Source of the DNA: Frankiaceae bacterium
GTDB taxonomy: Bacteria; Actinomycetota; Actinomycetes; JAFAQI01
Direction of reading: 5' to 3'
NCBI GenBank assembly: GCA_025929315.1
Contig: JAICMI010000001.1
Span: forward strand, 1,802-65,801
DNA length: 64,000 bases
The notes under the pieces are model-generated. The model saw only the letters and a list, made by a program, of their open reading frames with translations. It ran no database searches and was not told where the DNA came from. Position numbers and translations under genes: made by a program. Positions 24,005-33,311 of this stretch are shown here, one piece after another. Position 1 is the stretch's first letter; the number at the start of each line of letters is the position of its first letter.

Positions 24005-24775
24005 ATGAGCGACGCGCTCACCGCTGCCCGGACGCGGGTCGGCCTGGTCGCATCGCTGTTCGTGCTCGCCGCTGTCGGCTGGGCGTGGACGGCACACGAG
24101 ATGCGCGGCATGGACAACGGCCCGTGGACCGACCTCGGTGGGTTCAGCTGGTTCGTCGGTGTGTGGGTCGTGATGATGGCCGCGATGATGTTTCCGTCGG
24201 TCGCGCCGACCGTGGCGTTGTACTCGCGTCTGATTCGGGAGCGAGCACCGGCAGCGCCGTACGCGTTCGTCAGTGGCTATCTGCTCACCTGGGCGGCAGC
24301 CGGCGTCGGTGCCTACGCGATCGGCGTCACCGTCTCGCGCGCGTTCGGCGACTCGATCATGTGGGACAACCACGGTCGCGCGATCGCCGGCACGACGTTG
24401 CTCGTCGCAGCCGGTTATGAGCTCACCCCGTTGAAGACGGTCTGCCTCAACAAGTGCCGCAGTCCGATCGGCGCGCTCCTCGGTTCGTGGCGGGACGGTC
24501 TCGACGGTGCGGTTCGGATGGGTACGAAGAACGGTGCCTGGTGCGTCGGCTGCTGCTGGGCCCTGATGGCGTCGCTGTTCGCGCTCGGCGTCATGAGTGT
24601 CCCGTGGATGGCGTTCGTCGCCGGGCTCATCGCGGTCGAGAAGCTCCTGCCGTGGCGGCGGGTCGCCACCTACGGCGTCTCGGCGCTGCGGCTGGCGCTC
24701 GGAGTGCTGTTGCTCATCGCGCCGGACTCGTTGGCAGGACTGACGATCCCTTCTCGCGGCGCAATGACGATGTGA
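24005..24775 (+). CDS. DUF2182 domain-containing predicted metal-binding integral membrane protein
   Basis: WFVGVWVVMMAAMMFPSVAPTV and CRSP...GAWCVGCCWALM motifs, with about 6 TM helices. It starts 5 nt after DUF1326; DUF1326-DUF2182 is a recurring pair. Confidence 0.85.
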   Translation: MSDALTAARTRVGLVASLFVLAAVGWAWTAHEMRGMDNGPWTDLGGFSWFVGVWVVMMAAMMFPSVAPTVALYSRLIRERAPAAPYAFVSGYLLTWAAAGVGAYAIGVTVSRAFGDSIMWDNHGRAIAGTTLLVAAGYELTPLKTVCLNKCRSPIGALLGSWRDGLDGAVRMGTKNGAWCVGCCWALMASLFALGVMSVPWMAFVAGLIAVEKLLPWRRVATYGVSALRLALGVLLLIAPDSLAGLTIPSRGAMTM

Positions 24776-25926
24776 CCCAGACCAGCAGCGCACCTCCGCC
24801 GAAGATCTCGCCCGCCAGGCTTACGCCGCTCCAGCCGTGCCCGGAATAGAGCGAGGCTGACACGGCCGACCCGATCGCGCCGCCGACGAAATAGAGAAAC
24901 ATGTACGCCGCCGTCAACCGGCTGCGAGCGTCCGGTCGGAGCCGATAGATCGCGCCCTGGTTGCTGATGTGCACGCCCTGCACTCCGACATCGAGCAGCA
25001 CGATGCCGGCGATGAGTGCCGACATGTGGTGACGACCGACCCACAACAGCAGCCAGGACAGCGCGAGCATGGCCGCGCCCGCGCCCGTCGAGGTGTGCTG
25101 GTGCCCGTGATCCGACAGGCGGCCCGCCATCGTCGCCGCGAGCGCACCCGCCGCACCGACGAGACCGAACAACCCGATGACCAGCGTCGACAGGTGATAG
25201 CGGTCGTGCAACAGGAACGCGAGCGTCGTCCAGAGCACGCTGAACGTGCCGAATGAGAGAAAGCCATAGAGCGAACGCAGCCGAAGCACCGGCTCGTCAC
25301 GCAGCAGCTGACCGACCGAGCGAAGCAGCGTCAGATAGCTGCGCTGGGTGTTCTCCCGGTACGACGGCAACCGCAGTCGCAGCACCGCGGCCTGCACGGC
25401 CATCAGCCCGGCCGCGACGAGATAGACGACGCGCCAGTCGCCCGCCTCGGCGAGCGCACCGGCAACGGTTCGTGCGAGCAGAATCCCCAGCAGCAGGCCG
25501 CTCATGACCAGACCGACGACCTGCCCGCGTTCATGGTCATGCGCAAGGGAGGCGGAGAACGGCACGAGCACCTGCGCCAGCACGCTGAGCCCACCGACGG
25601 CGAAAGCGGCGGGCAACAGCACCTCGCCGTTCGGTGACAAGCCGAGGACGACAAGAGCTGCTGCGCTCAGAGCCGACAGGGTCACGACGAGGGCGCGACG
25701 CTCGACCAGGTCCCCGAGCGGAAGCAGGAACAGGAGTCCTGCGGCGTAGCCGAGCTGCGCGACCGTGACGATCAGGCCGGCGACGGTAGAGGACAGGTGC
25801 AGGTCGTGCCGCATGACGGGCAGCAGCGGCTGGGCGTAGTAGTTGCTCGCGACGGCGACCCCGGTCGCGGCGGCCATGACGAGGACGAGTGATCGATCCA
25901 GTCGCTCGGCGGCCATCCCGGCCACG
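24714..25926 (-). CDS. MFS transporter
   Basis: I place the start at ATG 25926 (MAAERLDRSLVLVMAAATGVAVASNYYAQPLLP...). 12 TM-like segments with LPLGDLVERR in loop 2-3. The long upstream part of ORF 24714..26336 is Arg-rich junk. The 3' end overlaps DUF2182 convergently by 62 nt. Confidence 0.85.
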
Positions 25927-25942
25927 CTACGTGAGCGCGAGC

Positions 25943-27309
25943 TCAGCAGTATGGCGTCGTTGTGGCCGTGTAAGTGCGGGCACCTTGGTAGTCGCGCGCC
26001 CAGGTCACGTGCGGGTGACCGCACCGATCGGCGACCATCGACTGAAAGTCGCGCAGTCCCCAGTTCTCGCCCAGCTCGGAACCCACGTTGCCCATGCTGT
26101 CGATGCCGCCGACGTGCACGATTGCGTCGCCAAGACGTCGCTGCCGGAACGTGGGCTGTGCGGACAACGCCTCGGTGGTCGACGCGAACGACTCGAACCA
26201 GCGGGCATCGGCGGCGTCGAAGTCGGCGGACTCGCTGGCATACCAGGAGACGAACAGATGGCCCGGTCGGCTGACCGCGATCGCCGGGAAGACGTTGGAC
26301 GGAACGCCGTGGTCGATGCGCACCGGCCTGGTCCAACCGCCGGCGGCGGTGGAGTGAAGGAGATAGAGGTGGGTCGCAGTGTGCCGCCCCAGTCGCACCG
26401 ACAGGACGACGTAGCCGGTGCCGTTGCGATCGATCGCCGTCGCCGGCAGCAGGTGGCCGATGCTGCCGCTCTCCACGCCGAACGCCGTGGTCACGTCAAG
26501 CACCTCCGCATTGGTCCATGACCGACCGCCGTCGCTGCTCGCGGCCTCCCACAGCTGCGACAACGGGAACTGCGACGGCCCCGCCGAACCGACCGCCTGA
26601 CCCAGACCGGCCGCGCCGAGGGTCTCGTAGAACATGTGCAGCTTGTTGCCGTTGCGCGGGTCGACGAGCGGCCTGCTGCCGAGCATCAACGCCGCTTCAC
26701 CGTTGACGCCACCCGTGACCGGGATGGGGCCGGTGAATGTCTTTGCGTGGTCGGTCGATCGCCACGCGACAACGTTGCCGCCTACCTCGCTGTTGAGCAT
26801 CAACACGGTGGCGGGGTGCTGCGGCAGGGTCACCAGCCAGGGCCGGTCCGGCTGGTCGGTGCCGTGCGGTGGCGGGAACGTCGCCTCGCGCCACTGCCTG
26901 GCGTCACGGCTGGAGTAGACGCTGACTCCGGTGCCGAGGGTCAACGAGTAGAACCAGCCGTCGCTGCCGACGACGGCATCGGAGTCGCCGCAGCCGATGG
27001 CGCTCGTGCCGACCGGGAAGCCGGTCGACCAGCTCCGCCCGTTGTCACGCGACAGCCAGAAGGTGGACGGACCGCCCGCGTTGGCGGTGCAGGCATTGGC
27101 GATCAGGACGCCGTCCGGTCCGCGCGCGATGCCCGGCTCGCTGTACGACGACCCGCCGTGGGCCGGCGCGTCCAAAACGGTGACGCGCCACCCGGCGTCA
27201 CCCAGTGAGCGGCCACCGAGTGAGGTGCCGCCGGCCTCAGCCCCGGCCATGCCCGCAGCTGCGCAGCTCAGCGCGAGGCAGAGACCGAGGGCTGCAGACC
27301 TGACGCGCA
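25943..27309 (-). CDS. Secreted Asp-box (BNR)/sialidase-like beta-propeller protein
   Basis: Asp-boxes SRDNGRSW, SSDGGRSW and STDHAKTF, and a signal-like VRVRSAALGLCLALSCAAAGMAGA. The start (GTG 27309) is uncertain by a few codons. Confidence 0.75.
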
Positions 27310-27347
27310 CACCTCTGAGTTCGGCACCGCCGCAACCGCCCCTGCCA

Positions 27348-27869
27348 TCACGACTGGATGAGCATCGTCGTCGTAGCGGTAGCAAGCACGCGCCCCGTGG
27401 TCCCCTCGACGATCTGACCTTCGGCCGTCGCGGTGCGGCGGCCGCGGTGGACCGTCTTGCCCGTGGCGAAGACCGGACCAGTGCGGACGGTGAGCAGGCG
27501 CACGTACCGCACGTTGATGTCGAGGGTGCTGACGGTGGTGTCCTTCGGCAGCAGCGTCTGCACGGCACAGCCCATCACCGTGTCGAGCAGTGTGGCGGCG
27601 ACCCCACCATGCACCAGGCCGATGCCGTTGTAGTGCTCGAGAGACGGCGTGTAGGTGAACGTCACCTCGCCCGGACCGATGTCCCGGATCTCGAAGCCGA
27701 GCAGGTCGGCGATGGGAGGTGCAGGCAGCTCACCGGACCTGATCGCGGCAAGGAAGCCTGCTCCGTCGTAGTGCCGGGCGAGCCTGGTGAGCTTGTCGGC
27801 CGGGTGCTCGACGAGGCGCAGACCCGCCGCCGTGCCGACGCTCGGGTGGTCGGTGCGCAGAGCGGTCAT
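27348..27869 (-). CDS. PaaI family (hotdog fold) thioesterase
   Basis: ATG 27869 lies 6 nt after GGAGG. NGIGLVHGGVAATLLDTVMGCAV is the PaaI-type core. The remainder of ORF 27348..28721 is antisense to the HxlR and RibD-C genes. Confidence 0.85.
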   Translation of the reverse strand: MTALRTDHPSVGTAAGLRLVEHPADKLTRLARHYDGAGFLAAIRSGELPAPPIADLLGFEIRDIGPGEVTFTYTPSLEHYNGIGLVHGGVAATLLDTVMGCAVQTLLPKDTTVSTLDINVRYVRLLTVRTGPVFATGKTVHRGRRTATAEGQIVEGTTGRVLATATTTMLIQS

Positions 27870-27888
27870 CAGTCGCCTCCCGAGATGT

Positions 27889-27951
27889 GGGTTGGAAAAG
27901 CCAACCCAAGTCGACGAGACCATAACCCGAGTGAGTTGGAATTGCCAACCC
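27889..27951. promoter_or_regulatory. Two related inverted repeats GGGTTGG-aaaag-CCAACCC (27889-27907) and GaGTTGG-aattg-CCAACCC (27933-27951), candidate HxlR operators
   Basis: Read directly in the 90-bp divergent region between the thioesterase gene (27869) and the HxlR gene (27960). Confidence 0.55.
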
Positions 27952-27959
27952 TTTATGCC

Positions 27960-28412
27960 ATGCTCGTCGGTGTGAGCCCTGCCACTCGCCCGGCAACCCC
28001 CCGTCGCTGCTCCATCGCCGGTGCCCTCGACGTCATCGGCGAGAAGTGGTCGCTGCTCGTGGTCCGTGAGCTGTTCCTCGGCGTACGCCGCTTCAACGAC
28101 ATCGCCTGCAACACCGGGGCGCCGCGCGACATCCTCACCGCTCGGCTGCGCCGGCTCGAGGAGCTCGGCGTGGTGGAGCGACAGCAGTACGACGAGAGAC
28201 CGGTCCGCTACGAGTACCGGTTGACCCGCGCCGGCAAGGACCTGCGACCGATCATCTGGGCACTCATGGACTGGGGCAACAAGCACGTCATGGACGAGCC
28301 GCTGCCGCTGGTCTACGAGCACTCGTGCGGTGCCGCGTTCGAGCCACGCACTCACTGCGCCGCCTGTGGCGACCCCATCGAGCCGCGCGCCCTCGTCGCC
28401 CGGAGCAGCTGA
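27960..28412 (+). CDS. HxlR family winged-helix transcriptional regulator
   Basis: CSIAGALDVIGEKWSLLVVRELFLGVRRFNDIACNTGAPRDILTARLRRLEELGVVERQQY is the HxlR signature. ATG at 27960. Confidence 0.9.
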   Translation: MLVGVSPATRPATPRRCSIAGALDVIGEKWSLLVVRELFLGVRRFNDIACNTGAPRDILTARLRRLEELGVVERQQYDERPVRYEYRLTRAGKDLRPIIWALMDWGNKHVMDEPLPLVYEHSCGAAFEPRTHCAACGDPIEPRALVARSS

Positions 28413-28415
28413 CCG

Positions 28416-28970
28416 GTGGGACGACTGATCTATTCCGCGATCACCTCGATCGACGGCTACGTCGAAGATGCGAGCGGCGCGTTCGACTGGTCGGCACCCG
28501 ACGCCGAGGTGCACGCGTTCGTCAACGATCGCGAACGGGCGGTCGGGACCCATCTGATCGGCCGGCGGATGTTCGAGACGATGAAGGTGTGGGACGACCT
28601 CAGCAACTTCACCGACCGGTCCCCCGAGGTGGTCGACTTCGCCGCCGTGTGGCAGGCAGCCGACAAGGTCGTCTACTCGACCACGCTCGAGGCGGCCACG
28701 ACCGGACGGACGCGACTGCATCGCAGCTTCGATCCGGACGAGGTGGCCGCGATGGTGCGTGCGTCAGACCGGGACGTGTCCATCGGCGGCGCGGCTCTTG
28801 CGGCGCAGGCCTTCGACGCAGGCATCGTCGATGAGGTGCAGCTCTATCTCAACCCGATTGCGGTAGGCGGTGGGAAGCCTGCACTTCCGGGCGGTGTGCG
28901 ACTCGCGCTCCTCGACGAGCGCCGGTTCACCGGCGGCGTCGTCTACGTGCGTTACGCCGTCAGGCGCTAG
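28416..28970 (+). CDS. Dihydrofolate reductase family protein (RibD C-terminal domain)
   Basis: LIYSAITSIDGYVEDASGAFDW...HLIGRRMFETM...VSIGGAALAAQAF..GIVDEVQLYLNPIAVGGG; 184 aa. Confidence 0.85.
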   Translation: MGRLIYSAITSIDGYVEDASGAFDWSAPDAEVHAFVNDRERAVGTHLIGRRMFETMKVWDDLSNFTDRSPEVVDFAAVWQAADKVVYSTTLEAATTGRTRLHRSFDPDEVAAMVRASDRDVSIGGAALAAQAFDAGIVDEVQLYLNPIAVGGGKPALPGGVRLALLDERRFTGGVVYVRYAVRR

Positions 28971-29613
28971 CGACCAGACCTTCGCGCCGCGCCACACGCA
29001 GTGACCACAGGACAGTCAGCGTGACTCCCATTGCTGTGATCGCCAGCACCACGCCCGTCTTCACCGCGACGAAGGTGGCGGGGTCCAGCGTGAGCAGCAG
29101 GCTTGCGCTGACTGCGGCGTTGATCAGCTGGACGCCGGCCCACAGAAGCGTGAGGCGATGGAAGAGGCGTCGTACTCTCGCGCGCTGCGCGACGGCTGCG
29201 GTCATCGGATAGAAGTCACCGGCGATGCGCGCGACGAACGGACGGCCCGCCACAGCAGAGATGAGGAACACCGCTGCGAACAGGCCCGTCGCGAGGATCG
29301 GCTGGGCGAAGTAGAGGAAGGCACTGCCCGTGCAGAGCGCGAGGACCGTGCGCAAGGTCAGCCCGATGAGGGCAAGCACGAGGATGCCGGGGATCCGTTC
29401 GCCGCGATGTCGCCGGCAGACCAGGACGGCGAAGCCCCACAGCAGCGCCGCCGCGTAGGCGGTGGTGTGACCCACCGTCAACCAGCTGACGTAGAACAGG
29501 GCACTCGGGATGAGCGAGGCCTCGATGATCGAGGGCAACGAGTGCTTGGCGACCGCGATGAGCGTGGTGCGTGTGCTCGCCTGAGCACCGACGTCGAAGA
29601 CCATGGCCGTCAT
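28960..29613 (-). CDS. Integral membrane protein (VC0807 / intracellular septation protein A-like)
   Basis: I place the start at ATG 29613 (MTAMVFDVGAQ...). About 6 hydrophobic helices. GC3-rich. Confidence 0.6.
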   Translation of the reverse strand: MTAMVFDVGAQASTRTTLIAVAKHSLPSIIEASLIPSALFYVSWLTVGHTTAYAAALLWGFAVLVCRRHRGERIPGILVLALIGLTLRTVLALCTGSAFLYFAQPILATGLFAAVFLISAVAGRPFVARIAGDFYPMTAAVAQRARVRRLFHRLTLLWAGVQLINAAVSASLLLTLDPATFVAVKTGVVLAITAMGVTLTVLWSLRVARREGLVASA

Positions 29614-29804
29614 GAGGCGCCCAGCGCGGCCATGATCGCGAAGGACTGCTGGCACTGCTGGCGGAGCCAGGCAAGAGCCCTGACCTGATCACCGATGCGC
29701 TCGCACCCGCAGTCGCAGGCCCAGGCGAGGCGGCTGACCGCCAGGTCGTAGTCCTCCCGCGCCTCGCACAGATCGTGCGGTGCGGCTGTGCTGGGGAGGT
29801 CCAC
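29610..29804 (-). CDS. Small Cys-containing hypothetical protein (64 aa)
   Basis: GTG start. The stop overlaps the downstream membrane-protein start (ATGA). High GC3. Contains a CDCGC motif. No family recognised. Confidence 0.4.
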   Translation of the reverse strand: MDLPSTAAPHDLCEAREDYDLAVSRLAWACDCGCERIGDQVRALAWLRQQCQQSFAIMAALGAS

Positions 29805-29888
29805 TCTCTCTGATCGGCCGGTTTCGGGGGGTCCTTGACTGCGCGGGGACCAGCGACGACTACGGCATTTGACCTAACGGTCTGTCCG

Positions 29889-30353
29889 TTACTGCTCCAC
29901 GGTGCGGGCGAGGATGCCCAGCGTCGCGCGCAGCGCCGCCTCCGGGATGACCGGGAAGACGCCTTTGCCCCGGTAGGGCTCGGCGATCCGGGACCAGTCG
30001 TAGTAGGACGTCACCAGCGACCCGACGTCGCTCGGCTCGAGCAGGTAGCCGTAGAGATGCTCGATGTTCGGCTTCAAGGCGCCCGAGATCGTCCACTCGA
30101 TCTGCTTGTCCTGCTCGAACTGCGTGATGGTCACTGTCACGTCGTACTTGCCCATCGGGTAGTCGTTGAGCGACTCGCGATCCATGTGGACGACGAACTC
30201 GTCGCCGACCTGCCGGACGGGCGAGCCGTCGGCCGACTGGAGCATGCCCGAGCTGTCGATCGCGACGTGTCCGTTGGGGTCGCAGAGGAGGGCGAAGATC
30301 TTGGCCGGCGCGGCCGCGATCTGACGCTGTACCTCGAAGCGTTCGGTGTCCAC
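29889..30353 (-). CDS. SRPBCC family protein (polyketide cyclase/dehydrase-like ligand-binding fold)
   Basis: I place the start at GTG 30353 (VDTERFEVQRQIAAAPAKIFALLCDPNGHVAID...), which is the canonical SRPBCC N-terminus. Confidence 0.75.
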   Translation of the reverse strand: MDTERFEVQRQIAAAPAKIFALLCDPNGHVAIDSSGMLQSADGSPVRQVGDEFVVHMDRESLNDYPMGKYDVTVTITQFEQDKQIEWTISGALKPNIEHLYGYLLEPSDVGSLVTSYYDWSRIAEPYRGKGVFPVIPEAALRATLGILARTVEQ

Positions 30354-30408
30354 GCGGCAGAGCCTCCCACGGGGCAGGGACCGGCGTCCGGGCCGCGAAG
30401 TCCGCGGC

Positions 30409-31866
30409 ATGGCCCACATCCGACGTCGCCGGATCCTGCTCGCGGGTGCACTCGTCCTGTCAGGTGTCGCAACCTTGCCACTGGCGCACGCAGCCGGCGG
30501 TCCGAGCGGATGCGGCGGGGCTCGCCCCGCGGTGGCGCATCACGCCGGCGGTGCCCCGGTACACGCGCCGACTCGCCACCTCGTCGCATGTGCGAGCGAG
30601 ACCGGTTACTACACCGGCGAGACGACCATCGCGGTGACGAAACAGGGTTCGGTCTGGTTGTCCGCCGCCAACTGGGAGTGGGCGCTTGCCCGCAGCAACG
30701 ACCTCGGGCGGCATTGGACGTCGTACACAGTGCCCGGCCCACAAGCCTTCCCGGGTTGCGGCATCGGCACTACAGCGGTGAGCCATTGCGACACGTCGGA
30801 GAGCGGCAAGTACAACACAGTGGCTGACGGCTATCTCTATGCAGACCCGTGGACGTCCCGGATGTTCTGGAGCAAGACCTACGGTTACGCGGTCTGTTCG
30901 AGCTTGAACTACACGCCGGACAACGGCCGGCAGTGGCAAGCGGTCACCAGCTTTGCGTGTCCGGGTGGTGACTACGAGAAGATCGCGGCCGGACCGCCAC
31001 CGAAGGGCGGCGCCAAACCAACCGGTTATCGCGACGTCGTCTACGGGTGCACCAACGGAGCGGCGCCGACGTTCGTCGTCGGACCGGGACGCATCTGTTA
31101 CAAGTCGCTCGACGGCGGTACGACGTGGAGCGCGGCGGGTCAGCCGCTGCCTTCGCCGCTCGCACCGGGATGTCTGCAGTTCCAGGAACCGCAGCGAGTC
31201 GCCCCGGACGGAACGCTCTATCTCCCCCTCAACTGCGCGCCACTCGGGAGCGACCCTGCCGGTCTCGTGCGCGTAGCGATCAGCCACGACGAGGGGCTGA
31301 CGTGGTCCTACGTGTCGGTGCCGACCGGTGACGTGGGCAGTGACGCGGGGCTGATAGGCGGCGTGAGCCTCGCCGTCGACCGTGCAGGTGCGGTCTACGT
31401 GTTGTGGCCGGGTGCGGACGACAAGCCCTATCTCGCGGTCTCGCCCGATGGTGGCGCGCACTGGCGCGGGCCGATGATGGTCGGCAAGCCGGGCGTGGTC
31501 GAGAACGCGCCGTGGGCCCAGGTGGCGGCACTCGAGAGCGGCCACATCGCGATCGCCTACTACGGGCATCCGTCGCAAGGATCGGCTGCACTGGTCAACG
31601 GTTATCTCACCGAGTCGTTCGACGCGTCCGTCGCGAACCCGACGTTCTACAGCGCCCAGCTCAACAGCTCGGCGCACCCGCTCTACTTCCCGGTCAAGTC
31701 CGGGACGTTGCCGCGCAACGACTATCTCGGTGTGACGATCGCGCCCGACGGGACGCCGTGGACGGGGCTGGTCAAGCTGCTCTCGCCGACGCCCGACAAG
31801 CAGGGCTACATCCAGTCGACCGGTTTCGTGGCGCGCCTCGTCGACGGCGGCGTCAGTCCTCGATGA
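30409..31866 (+). CDS. Secreted Asp-box (BNR)/sialidase-like beta-propeller protein
   Basis: ATG 30409 gives the signal MAHIRRRRILLAGALVLSGVATLPLAHA. Asp-box-like SNDLGRHW, SLDGGTTW, SHDEGLTW and SPDGGAHW. Confidence 0.8.
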   Translation: MAHIRRRRILLAGALVLSGVATLPLAHAAGGPSGCGGARPAVAHHAGGAPVHAPTRHLVACASETGYYTGETTIAVTKQGSVWLSAANWEWALARSNDLGRHWTSYTVPGPQAFPGCGIGTTAVSHCDTSESGKYNTVADGYLYADPWTSRMFWSKTYGYAVCSSLNYTPDNGRQWQAVTSFACPGGDYEKIAAGPPPKGGAKPTGYRDVVYGCTNGAAPTFVVGPGRICYKSLDGGTTWSAAGQPLPSPLAPGCLQFQEPQRVAPDGTLYLPLNCAPLGSDPAGLVRVAISHDEGLTWSYVSVPTGDVGSDAGLIGGVSLAVDRAGAVYVLWPGADDKPYLAVSPDGGAHWRGPMMVGKPGVVENAPWAQVAALESGHIAIAYYGHPSQGSAALVNGYLTESFDASVANPTFYSAQLNSSAHPLYFPVKSGTLPRNDYLGVTIAPDGTPWTGLVKLLSPTPDKQGYIQSTGFVARLVDGGVSPR

Positions 31867-32308
31867 CGTCCAAACCCTGCTCGCGCAGCAGCGCCAGTCG
31901 ATCGAGCATGTCCTTCAACACTTTCGGCGAGTGCCCCTCCCAGTCCGTCAGCTCGTCGACCACCCGCAACGGGTACCGGGTGCGGTAGGACTGCGTGACG
32001 TTGCCGGGGAACCGCTTGTTGGTCACGTTGGGGTCGTCCTCGAACGGTCCCAACGGCTCCACGACGTAGATGTGTCCCCGCTCTTCGCCGCCAACGAATG
32101 CCGACGCCAGCTCCGCCCCCCACGCCGCCGTGTCGACCAACGCGGTGAAGTAGATGTTGTTCATCACCCTGCCGTCATGGAAGTTGGACATGTAGCCGGC
32201 CACCAGCTCGGTGCCGACGTCCACCGACGCCTTCGTACCGTGGAAGAAGGGACCGGAGATGCGCTCGCAGTCTTCGTAGGTGACAGGGATGTAGTCGTCG
32301 TCGTTCAT
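31853..32308 (-). CDS. arr: NAD(+)--rifampin ADP-ribosyltransferase
   Basis: The 151-aa product is collinear with Arr proteins: FFHGTKA, NNIYFTALVDTAAWGAELA, RGHIYVVEPLGPFEDDPNVTNKRFPGNVTQSYRT, DWEGHSP and GLDVIED. The ATG overlaps the upstream stop (ATGA). Confidence 0.9.
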   Translation of the reverse strand: MNDDDYIPVTYEDCERISGPFFHGTKASVDVGTELVAGYMSNFHDGRVMNNIYFTALVDTAAWGAELASAFVGGEERGHIYVVEPLGPFEDDPNVTNKRFPGNVTQSYRTRYPLRVVDELTDWEGHSPKVLKDMLDRLALLREQGLDVIED

Positions 32309-33300
32309 GGTCGAAGGACCTCCCCCGGATAAGTGACGCCTACCAGCCCGCGGATGTGGTCGAGGGTCTGCATGATCGACAGGGTCTCGGAGAGAGGAAG
32401 TACGACGCTGTCGTGACTGTCGCGGGTGACGAGAGCCTCGAGCTCACGAGCTTGGAACTGCATCCCACGACCGTCGACTTGCGAGGTGTAGCTCTCCACC
32501 AACCTCCCCGAGCTGTCCCAGACACGAAAGTTGGCCGGGTTGTACCAGACGGCATCGATGTCGATCCGGCCGTCCGTGCCGATGACGGTGGCGGTGTTGG
32601 GCCCCCGGGTCGTCATCGCCGAGTAGGTCGTGGCGATTGCTCCACTGCGATAGGAGAACATCGTCGCGATCTGTGCGTCGACGCCGGCCGCGGTCACCGT
32701 CGCCACCGCCTGCACTGTGTCGGGCGGACCGAAAACCTGCGACGCGAACGAAATCGGATAGACACCGAGATCGAGCAGCGCGCCGCCACCCAGAGCAGGC
32801 GCATTGACGCGATGAGCAGGGTCAGAGGAGAGCAGCTGCGTGTGGTCGACGTGCATCGACCGCACCTCGCCCAGCGCCCCGCTGTCGAGAATCTCGCGAA
32901 TCCGGACCATGTGCGGAAGCCAACGCGTCCACATCGCCTCCAGCAGCACGAGCCGCTGGCGACCGGCGATCTCGATGAGATCTTGCGCTTCGACCGCGTT
33001 CAACGTGAACGATTTCTCGACGAGAACGTGCTTGCCGGCCTCCAGAGCCAGCACCGCGTTGTCATGGTGCATCGGATGTGGGGTGGCGACGTACACAACG
33101 TCGACGTCTGGGTCTCGGACGAGGCCTTCGTAGCTTCCGTGGGCGGCAGCAATGCCGAACTCAGCTGCAAAGGCGTCAGCCGTGCTCTGGGCGCGCGAGC
33201 CGACAGCGGTGACGACATGTCCGTCGAGCAGAAGGTCGCGCGCGAACTGGCGCGCTATTCCCCCAGTGCCCAACAACCCCCAGCGCAGCTGCCCTGCCAT
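32305..33300 (-). CDS. Gfo/Idh/MocA family NAD(P)-dependent oxidoreductase
   Basis: I place the start at ATG 33300 (MAGQLRWGLLGTGGIARQFARDL, Rossmann motif) preceded by GGGGAA. VLVEKSFTL motif. Confidence 0.85.
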   Translation of the reverse strand: MAGQLRWGLLGTGGIARQFARDLLLDGHVVTAVGSRAQSTADAFAAEFGIAAAHGSYEGLVRDPDVDVVYVATPHPMHHDNAVLALEAGKHVLVEKSFTLNAVEAQDLIEIAGRQRLVLLEAMWTRWLPHMVRIREILDSGALGEVRSMHVDHTQLLSSDPAHRVNAPALGGGALLDLGVYPISFASQVFGPPDTVQAVATVTAAGVDAQIATMFSYRSGAIATTYSAMTTRGPNTATVIGTDGRIDIDAVWYNPANFRVWDSSGRLVESYTSQVDGRGMQFQARELEALVTRDSHDSVVLPLSETLSIMQTLDHIRGLVGVTYPGEVLRP

Positions 33301-33311
33301 TCGTTTCCCCT

